From positions 1 through 24,049 of the IMG/VR virus record IMGVR_UViG_3300005805_000489: a DNA stretch of 24,049 bases. The stretch is one strand, 5' to 3'. The stretch's first letter is position 1, and the number at the start of each line of letters is the position of its first letter. Below, piece by piece: positions 17,782 through 24,049 of the stretch. Position numbers and translations under genes: made by a program. The DNA is from a virus (lineage: Duplodnaviria; Caudoviricetes). The notes under the pieces are model-generated. The model saw nothing but the letters and a program-made list of their open reading frames with translations. It did not search any database and was not told the origin of the DNA.

Positions 17782-18546
17782 ATGTCAACTACACCAATAG
17801 AACAAAAACGTACAGAAGTTTATGATTATGTAAAAATAATGCTAGGTGACGGCATGATTGATGTTGAACTTGACCCAGTTCACTACAGTACCGCATTAAA
17901 TAGATCACTAGCTAGGTATAGACAGCGTTCAGATCATAGCACTGAAGAATCTTGGAGTTTTTTAAAACTTCAAGAAGATGTTAACACCTATCAATTACCT
18001 AAGGAAATTATAGAAGTACGACAGATTTTCCGCAGATCTATAGGCAGTCGTACTGGTGGCGGCGATGGCGGTACATTATTTGAACCATTTAACCTAGCCT
18101 ACACTAATACCTATCTGCTTTCTAGCTCAAATATGGGCGGTCTAGCAACCTATGATTTCTTTGCTCAGTATCAAGAAATGGTAGGCCGTATGTTTGGGTC
18201 ATTTATTGAATTTAAATGGTATCCACAGACCCATAAAATTACTATACTACAACGTCCTAGAACTGATGAGGAAGTATTAATACATTGTTATAATCATCGT
18301 CCGGATATTGCTTTGCTAGATGATGTGTATGCTTCACAATGGATTAAGGACTATACTCTTGCTAACTGTAAACTTATGCTAGGACAAGCTCGCAGCAAAT
18401 TTGCCAGTATTGCAGGTCCACAGGGCGGAAGTCAACTTAATGGCAGTGATCTTATTCAGCAAGGCACTGACGAAATCACTAAGCTAGACGAAGAACTTAC
18501 CACACAGGTCGCCGGTGGCCGCGGCTACACCTTTATAATTGGTTAA
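17782..18546 (+). CDS. Neck protein, T4 gp13-like
   Basis: YVKIMLGDGMIDVEL start and WIKDYTLANCKLMLGQARSKF..GPQGG..LNG C-terminal motif of gp13-like adaptors; SD GGAG. Confidence 0.8.
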   Translation: MSTTPIEQKRTEVYDYVKIMLGDGMIDVELDPVHYSTALNRSLARYRQRSDHSTEESWSFLKLQEDVNTYQLPKEIIEVRQIFRRSIGSRTGGGDGGTLFEPFNLAYTNTYLLSSSNMGGLATYDFFAQYQEMVGRMFGSFIEFKWYPQTHKITILQRPRTDEEVLIHCYNHRPDIALLDDVYASQWIKDYTLANCKLMLGQARSKFASIAGPQGGSQLNGSDLIQQGTDEITKLDEELTTQVAGGRGYTFIIG

Positions 18547-18553
18547 AAAAATA

Positions 18554-18582
18554 TTGACATTTGACTAGTCTGATTATATAAT
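18554..18582 (+). promoter_or_regulatory. Consensus sigma70 (early) promoter TTGACA-N17-TATAAT
   Basis: TTGACA 18554-18559, 17-bp spacer, TATAAT 18577-18582, with an A-tract upstream (18545-18551). Confidence 0.85.
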
Positions 18583-18601
18583 GTTCACAGTGGGGGCAAA
18601 T

Positions 18602-19282
18602 ATGATCATAGGCTTTACAGGACTTATTGGTAGCGGTAAAGATACCGCAGCAGATTACCTAGTTAATTTTCACGGTTTTAGACGTGATAGTTTTGCAAAT
18701 ACTTTAAAAGACGCTGTTGCTAATATATTTGGTTGGGATCGTACTCTGTTAGAAGGCCGTACAAAACAGGCTAGAGAGTGGCGAGAACAAGTAGACACAT
18801 GGTGGGCAGAAAGATTGTCAATGCCAAATCTTACTCCTAGATGGGTGTTACAACATTGGGGTACAGATGTTCTGCGTAATCATTTTCATGATGACATTTG
18901 GATTGCAAGTTTAGAAAACAAACTGCGAAAAAGTACGGATGATATTGTTATCAGCGATGTACGTTTTCCTAATGAAATCACTGCTATTAAAAAAGCTGGT
19001 GGAAAAGTAGTTAGAATCAAACGTGGTCCTGAACCAGAATGGTATGATCTAGCTCTTTCAGTTAATTTAGGTCCAAAGCATATTGGTTGGGCATTGGCTA
19101 AAAGTAATTTTCATGCATACAATGTGCATCCTAGTGAATGGGCGTGGATAGGACAAGAATTTGATCACGTAATTACTAATGATTCAACTATTGATGAATT
19201 TTGTAACACAATTAGAGATCTGGTTGTAGATCACCCTGACGCCATTGAATCCCTTCAAGATGTAGAACACGTTGGCAGTTAG
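18602..19282 (+). CDS. Deoxynucleoside monophosphate kinase (T4 gp1-like); start revised to 18602
   Basis: MIIGFTGLIGSGKDT P-loop, SFANTLKD, TPRWVLQHWGTD, VISDVRFPNE, HPSE. The track's ATG at 18581 lies inside the -10 box; a G-run precedes ATG 18602. Confidence 0.9.
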   Translation: MIIGFTGLIGSGKDTAADYLVNFHGFRRDSFANTLKDAVANIFGWDRTLLEGRTKQAREWREQVDTWWAERLSMPNLTPRWVLQHWGTDVLRNHFHDDIWIASLENKLRKSTDDIVISDVRFPNEITAIKKAGGKVVRIKRGPEPEWYDLALSVNLGPKHIGWALAKSNFHAYNVHPSEWAWIGQEFDHVITNDSTIDEFCNTIRDLVVDHPDAIESLQDVEHVGS

Positions 19283-19553
19283 CACACACTGTTTTTAGAT
19301 TCTTTGCAATATTATTTGTAAGATTGCCGTCTATGTGATAGACATCAAACTGCTGATGATGCTTACTCTTAAAACCGCATTTCTCACACTGCGGTTTTTT
19401 TCTATAACCTTTTTGATACCAGAGTGGTAGGCCGTTGTGTCCCTGCCCATATCTTAGGCAAACATCGCACTTTGATCTAAAATAGGGTTGTTTGTTCTTA
19501 TAATAGTTAATAGCCACAGGTCTATGACCACAGCTACATAGAGCTCTTTTCAT
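19212..19553 (-). CDS. Small Zn-binding HNH-family endonuclease-like protein
   Basis: CSC, CDVC, CEKC and CANC cysteine pairs and the DVYHIDGNLTNN..NLKTVCANC HNH core. Confidence 0.8.
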   Translation of the reverse strand: MKRALCSCGHRPVAINYYKNKQPYFRSKCDVCLRYGQGHNGLPLWYQKGYRKKPQCEKCGFKSKHHQQFDVYHIDGNLTNNIAKNLKTVCANCQRVLHLEGIQWRQGDLQPDL

Positions 19554-19558
19554 GTAAT

Positions 19559-19566
19559 TATTTATA
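19559..19566 (-). promoter_or_regulatory. T4-type late promoter TATAAATA for the HNH gene
   Basis: Exact consensus on the minus strand, 5 nt before ATG 19553. Confidence 0.65.
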
Positions 19567-19569
19567 ACC

Positions 19570-19593
19570 TGCCCTTTTCGTGCCCTTTTCGTG
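19570..19593. repeat. 11-bp tandem direct repeat TGCCCTTTTCG x2 (+TG)
   Basis: 19570-19580 and 19581-19591 are identical; they lie in the divergent HNH/sheath intergenic region. Confidence 0.85.
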
Positions 19594-19624
19594 GTTTATT
19601 AAGAGCCCGATTTATTGAATAATC

Positions 19625-19632
19625 AATAAATA
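19625..19632 (+). promoter_or_regulatory. Late promoter variant AATAAATA for the sheath-tube operon
   Basis: 7/8 match, followed by SD AGGAG (19649-19653) and ATG 19661. Confidence 0.6.
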
Positions 19633-19660
19633 ATATACGAGAGCTTTTAGGAGACCGGAA

Positions 19661-22600
19661 ATGGCGTTAACCTCCCCAGGCGTACAGGTATCAGTTATTG
19701 ATGAGAGTTTTTATACTCCTGCTGAACCGGGTACAACACCACTTTTACTAGTGGTATCAAGACAGGACAAGACCAGCAGCAGTGGCTCAAGCACCGCTGC
19801 CGGCACAACTAAAGCAAATGCTGGTAAGATTTATCGTATTACAAGCCAACGTGAACTTGCAGACACATTTGGCGATCCAGTATTTGAAACAGATGCAAGC
19901 AACAATCCAGTTCACGCTGGTGAACTTAATGAATACGGTCTTCAGGCCGCATACAGCTTCTTAGGTGTCAGTAACAGTGCCTATGTTGTTCGTGCTGATG
20001 TTGACCTAGATGCATTACAAGGCACAAGCACTATTCCAGAAGGAGCACCATCAGATGGTCAACTTTGGTTAGACACTGCTCTAACTAAGTGGGGTATCCA
20101 AGAATGGAATGGAGCAGCAATTACTACAACAGGCGGTCAAACATTTACTACCAAGACTCCTGCATATGTTATTACAGAAAGCAGCAAATTAACAACAGGT
20201 GCTCCTAAACAAAGCCTTGGTAAGTTTGGTGATTATGCAGTAGTAGCATTCATCGATCAAAATGAAGATACTAGCAAAGATGATTATATCACTTATTGGT
20301 ATAAGAATAGAAACAATGACTGGGTGCAACTAGGATCTGGTGATTGGCAAGCTAGCTGGCCTACTGTTAAGAGCTCAGCGAATCCAACTGTAGCTGTTGG
20401 CAATATCTTAGTAAATGGTCAAACAATTACAACAGGCGGCACATTAGCTACTTTAGTTTCTAATATTAATGCTAACTCTGTTCTTGCTAATGATGGTATT
20501 ACTGCTGCTAGTGTAAACAACGCATTAGAAATTTATATTAATACAGAAAACAACGTTTTAGGTGATTCTGAACCAGCTAACGCTATTGTAATGGCGGTTG
20601 GTACAGCAGCTTTACCTACTGGTATTACAGCAGGTACTTACTATGGTCCTAAGTTACAAATTAGTGAACATACAAGTGTTCCTGAATTTAAAACAGGTGA
20701 TATTCGTCCAAGACCAACAGGTTCTATATGGGTTAAAACTACCACAGTTAACAACGGTATGAATTATCGTGTTAAGAAGTATAGTGAATCTTTACAGTCA
20801 TGGGTAGCAGTTAGTGCTCCAGTATATCCCGATGCAGCTACAGCACTTGCTGAATTAGATCCCGCAGGCGGCGGCTCTACTCTAAACGTTGGAGCAACTT
20901 ATGTTCAGAGTAACGCTAAAGAGCACAGCGGTTACGATCAAACTCCTAGCGATGCCAGTTTCTTTGTGTTTAACAGAGTAGCAGCAGGTGCAACAGAGAT
21001 TTTATCATCAAAGATTGATGCTGGTACAATCACAGCAGCCACTTATGTGCTAACTGTACGTGAAAGCACTACAGGTAGTTCTACAATGTCTAGTGATTAT
21101 ACATTTACTATTACCTGTGCAGGCACTTCTAATGATGCAGCAACAATTGCAGCAGCCCTAAGTGGACCAGATGACAGCAACAATCAAACAGACCATTTAG
21201 AAGCAGAAGTAACAAGTGCAAATAAAGTTATTATTCGTCACAAAGATGGCGGTGAGTTGCATTTCAAGATGACAACAGGTAACCTTTTTGCTCAAATGGG
21301 TCTAACTGCTTTTGACTATACAACAGGTCAAGGTACTGCTAATCTTTATAACTCATCAGCTCTTCACCCAGGCGACATAAATCATACTCTACGTGCAAGC
21401 AATTGGAAACTAGCAGCTATTACTGCCAGTGCCGATGCTCCTACAACCACAGTAGAAGACGGTCGCTTATGGTATAGCAATGTATTAGATGACGTTGATA
21501 TCATGGTACACGATGGTACAAATTGGGTAGGCTATTTAAATGAATTCCCAAGTACAGATCCTAATGGTCCTCAAGTTAGTGCTACACAGCCTACACTACA
21601 AAGTGATGGTACAGCACTAGTTACTAACGATCTGTGGATCGATACCAGCGACATTAACAATTATCCTGTAATTAAACGTTACAACACAGCAACAAAACGC
21701 TGGACAACTGTTGATAATTCTGATCAAACAACAGAAAATGGTGTTGAATTTGCAGATGCACGTTGGGGTACTGATGGTACACAATCTGATCCTGCAACAA
21801 TTCTAGACCTATTAACTAGCGATTTCTTAGATCCAGACGCTCCAGATCCTGATTTATATCCAAAGGGTATGTTGCTATGGAACCTACGTCGTAGTGGTTT
21901 CAACGTAAAGCGTTATGTAACAAACTATATTGATACTTCTACAGGAGCAATTAATACTAGATATAACGATGAGCCAATGGATGACAGCCTAGGAGCTGAA
22001 TACTTTGCTGATCGTTGGGTTACAGAAAGTGCTAATCAAGCAGATGGTAGTGGTAGTTTTGGATCTAAAGCACAGCGTAAGGTAATTGTTCAAAGATTAC
22101 AAGCAGCTATTAATTCAAACGAAGATCTACGTGATGACAACACATATCAATATAACCTAATTGCTTGCCCAGGCTATCCTGAATTAATTGGCGAAATGAT
22201 TAGCTTAAACGTTGACAGAGGTATTACATCATTCGTAATTGGTGATGCTCCTATGACATTAGCTAATGATGCTACAAGTCTGTTAAATTGGAGCACAAAT
22301 GCACTAAGCAGTGCTCAAGACGATAATGAAGGTCTAGTAACACGCAATGAATATTTAGGTGTGTTCTATCCCGCAGGCTTTACCAGCGACAACTTTGGTA
22401 ACGACGTTGTTGTTCCACCAAGCCACATGATACTACGTCAGTTTGCTCTAAGCGATCAAGTCAGCTATCCATGGTTTGCTCCAGCAGGTACACGTCGTGG
22501 AAATATTACAAACGCAACTTCAGTTGGTTATGTCAATGCTGAAGGAGAATTTGTACCGGTAGCACTCAATGAAGGTCAAAGAGATACACTGTATGAAAAT

Positions 22601-23002
22601 GCAGTTAATCCGATTGTACTATTCACTGGTGCAGGTCTTGTAAACTTTGGTCAAAAAACCCGTGCTGCTAATGCAAGTGCTTTAGATCGTATTAATGTAG
22701 CTAGACTTGTAATCTATCTACGTAGTCAACTAAACAGACTAGCAAAGCCATATATATTTGAACCAAACGATAAGATCACAAGAGATGAAATTAAACAACA
22801 GATAGAAACTTTACTAGTAGAACTGGTAGGTTTACGTGCGATTTATGACTTCCTGGTTGTTTGTGATGACACAAACAATACTCCAACTAGAATTGATCGT
22901 AACGAACTATATGTAGACATTGCTATTGAACCAGTTAAGGCTGTGGAATTCATTTACATTCCATTACGCCTAAAGAATACTGGCGAAATAGCTGGACTAT
23001 AA
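19661..23002 (+). CDS. Contractile tail sheath protein (T4 gp18-like), enlarged to 1113 aa
   Basis: N-terminal LTSPGVQVSVIDES; C-terminal PWFAPAGTRRG, RDTLYENAVNPI, FGQKT, LDRINVARL, FEPND, NNTPTRIDRNEL, IEPVKAVEFIYI. Confidence 0.95.
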   Translation: MALTSPGVQVSVIDESFYTPAEPGTTPLLLVVSRQDKTSSSGSSTAAGTTKANAGKIYRITSQRELADTFGDPVFETDASNNPVHAGELNEYGLQAAYSFLGVSNSAYVVRADVDLDALQGTSTIPEGAPSDGQLWLDTALTKWGIQEWNGAAITTTGGQTFTTKTPAYVITESSKLTTGAPKQSLGKFGDYAVVAFIDQNEDTSKDDYITYWYKNRNNDWVQLGSGDWQASWPTVKSSANPTVAVGNILVNGQTITTGGTLATLVSNINANSVLANDGITAASVNNALEIYINTENNVLGDSEPANAIVMAVGTAALPTGITAGTYYGPKLQISEHTSVPEFKTGDIRPRPTGSIWVKTTTVNNGMNYRVKKYSESLQSWVAVSAPVYPDAATALAELDPAGGGSTLNVGATYVQSNAKEHSGYDQTPSDASFFVFNRVAAGATEILSSKIDAGTITAATYVLTVRESTTGSSTMSSDYTFTITCAGTSNDAATIAAALSGPDDSNNQTDHLEAEVTSANKVIIRHKDGGELHFKMTTGNLFAQMGLTAFDYTTGQGTANLYNSSALHPGDINHTLRASNWKLAAITASADAPTTTVEDGRLWYSNVLDDVDIMVHDGTNWVGYLNEFPSTDPNGPQVSATQPTLQSDGTALVTNDLWIDTSDINNYPVIKRYNTATKRWTTVDNSDQTTENGVEFADARWGTDGTQSDPATILDLLTSDFLDPDAPDPDLYPKGMLLWNLRRSGFNVKRYVTNYIDTSTGAINTRYNDEPMDDSLGAEYFADRWVTESANQADGSGSFGSKAQRKVIVQRLQAAINSNEDLRDDNTYQYNLIACPGYPELIGEMISLNVDRGITSFVIGDAPMTLANDATSLLNWSTNALSSAQDDNEGLVTRNEYLGVFYPAGFTSDNFGNDVVVPPSHMILRQFALSDQVSYPWFAPAGTRRGNITNATSVGYVNAEGEFVPVALNEGQRDTLYENAVNPIVLFTGAGLVNFGQKTRAANASALDRINVARLVIYLRSQLNRLAKPYIFEPNDKITRDEIKQQIETLLVELVGLRAIYDFLVVCDDTNNTPTRIDRNELYVDIAIEPVKAVEFIYIPLRLKNTGEIAGL

Positions 23003-23019
23003 TGCGAGGAGCTTAAGAA

Positions 23020-23658
23020 ATGTCAGTCACATCATTAACAAGATTCACAGTCCCGCTAGCTAGCGATCAAAGCCCAAGCACCCAGGGCTTGCTAATGCCC
23101 AAGTTAAAGTATCGCTTTAGAGTGTCACTTAATAACTTTGGCGTTACAACTCCTACAACAGAGCTCACTAAGCAAGTAGTAGATGTTACAAGACCAAACG
23201 TGCAATTTGAACCAATTACGTTGGATGTTTATAACAGCAAGGTATTCCTTGCTGGTAAGCATACTTGGCAAACAATTACATTAAACTTACGTGATGAAGT
23301 CACTGGAGCAGTTCAAAGATTAGTTGGCGAACAGTTACAGAAACAGTTTGACTTTATGGAGCAAGCTAGTGCTGCTGCCGGCCAAGATTATAAATTTACT
23401 ATGGTAATTGAAATCTTAGACGGTGGTAATGGTAACTTAGAACCAACTGTTTTAGAAACATGGGAATGCTATGGATGCATGTTAACACAAGCAGACTATG
23501 GTAATTTAGCCTATAGTGCCAATGAACAAGTACAGATTGCATTAACAATTCAACCTGATAATTGTATCCAAGGTAAAGCTAGTGTAACAACACCATTTGG
23601 AGTTGGTATTAACATTGGTAGAGGTGCCGGTACAAACGTAACTGGCGGCGGAGTTTAA
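23020..23658 (+). CDS. Tail tube protein (T4 gp19-like)
   Basis: Follows the sheath gene; SD GAGGAG 23006-23011; PKLKYRFRV, LAGKHTWQTITLNLRD, DYKF, ETWECYGC motifs. Confidence 0.85.
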   Translation: MSVTSLTRFTVPLASDQSPSTQGLLMPKLKYRFRVSLNNFGVTTPTTELTKQVVDVTRPNVQFEPITLDVYNSKVFLAGKHTWQTITLNLRDEVTGAVQRLVGEQLQKQFDFMEQASAAAGQDYKFTMVIEILDGGNGNLEPTVLETWECYGCMLTQADYGNLAYSANEQVQIALTIQPDNCIQGKASVTTPFGVGINIGRGAGTNVTGGGV

Positions 23659-23676
23659 TTCTTAATTAAATTACCA

Positions 23677-23702
23677 AGAAAGGGGACTAAGGTCCCTTTT
23701 CT
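23677..23702 (+). terminator. Rho-independent terminator, probably bidirectional
   Basis: AGAAAGGGGAC-TAAG-GTCCCTTTTCT: 11-bp stem with one G-U pair and flanking A/T runs, just after the tube stop. Confidence 0.85.
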
Positions 23703-23726
23703 ATTATCTACATGTTTTATTAAGCC

Positions 23727-23734
23727 AATAAATA
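23727..23734 (+). promoter_or_regulatory. Late promoter variant AATAAATA
   Basis: Downstream of the terminator, 4 nt before ATG 23739, with no SD present. Confidence 0.55.
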
Positions 23735-23738
23735 TAAT

Positions 23739-24049
23739 ATGGCATCAATTAATCCGTTTTTAAATAATCTTACTCAAGGACTCACAAACCCTAAGGGTAT
23801 AATGGGCGATTTTGCACATGCGGCAAGATTATATAATACCAATAATTATAGATTAGCTCCAAAACATAAATTTTTATTTTATGTTGTATTCAATTTAGAT
23901 CCTGCGGTTTTCAAAAATAATGAAACATTTAGAAACCAGAATATTAATGAAGTTAATTTATTAGTCAAAACAGCTCAATTACCTAAATTCAGTGTAGGTA
24001 CACAAAAAGTAAAAGAGTATAACAAACAAAAAATTATTCAAACTAAGAT
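23739..24049 (+). CDS. Tail-tube-fold paralogue (tube initiator / baseplate-tube junction, gp48/gp54-like), 3'-truncated
   Basis: Not in the ORF track. Open from ATG 23739 to the window end: MASINPFLNN...APKHKFLFYVVF...LLVKTAQLPKFSV...YNKQKIIQTK, which aligns by eye with the tube's PKLKYRFRV...QVVDVTRPNVQF...YNSKVFLAGK. Confidence 0.65.
   Translation, partial: MASINPFLNNLTQGLTNPKGIMGDFAHAARLYNTNNYRLAPKHKFLFYVVFNLDPAVFKNNETFRNQNINEVNLLVKTAQLPKFSVGTQKVKEYNKQKIIQTK

Noticed and set aside
17741-18601. ORF-track starts at 17788 (minus) and 18581 (plus)
   Set aside because: They overlap promoter elements or the divergent gene; ATG 17740 and ATG 18602 fit the signals and the expected protein N-termini better.
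14760-19282. Stop-codon reassignment (TAG or TGA), as in some large phages
   Set aside because: All genes read full length in the standard code, and TAG (14760, 19280) and TGA (15207) fall at plausible gene ends.
6374-19964. Short alternative-frame or antisense ORFs inside the lectin, neck and sheath genes
   Set aside because: Essentially nested within well-supported genes, with no motifs or ribosome-binding sites.
19661-23658. Bacterial contractile injection system or tailocin locus
   Set aside because: Neck proteins, a dNMP kinase and T4-type late promoters indicate a true head-bearing phage.

Overview
AT-rich segment of a large myovirus-type (T4-like or jumbo) phage genome covering part of the virion morphogenesis region. 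From left to right it holds: the 3' ~6.4 kb of a giant repeat-built tail fibre gene that begins upstream of the window; nine tandem, translationally coupled paralogous LamG/concanavalin-A-like lectin genes (6363-14762); a minus-strand operon of gp14-like neck, gp15-like tail terminator and a Nudix hydrolase; a divergent gp13-like neck gene; a dNMP kinase behind a perfect sigma70 promoter; a convergent HNH gene; an enlarged tail sheath; the tail tube; a terminator; and the start of a tube paralogue. The most unusual element is the nine-gene lectin array. Its members have conserved ends, divergent middles, a shared domain-insertion site and a stereotyped AAGG-N9-TAATG junction, which suggests a modular receptor-binding repertoire. 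A second notable pattern is a set of T4-type late promoters ([T/A/G]ATAAATA): several sit only 4-7 nt before an ATG (apparently leaderless) and several lie inside inverted repeats. All family assignments come from reading motifs by eye; no searches were run.
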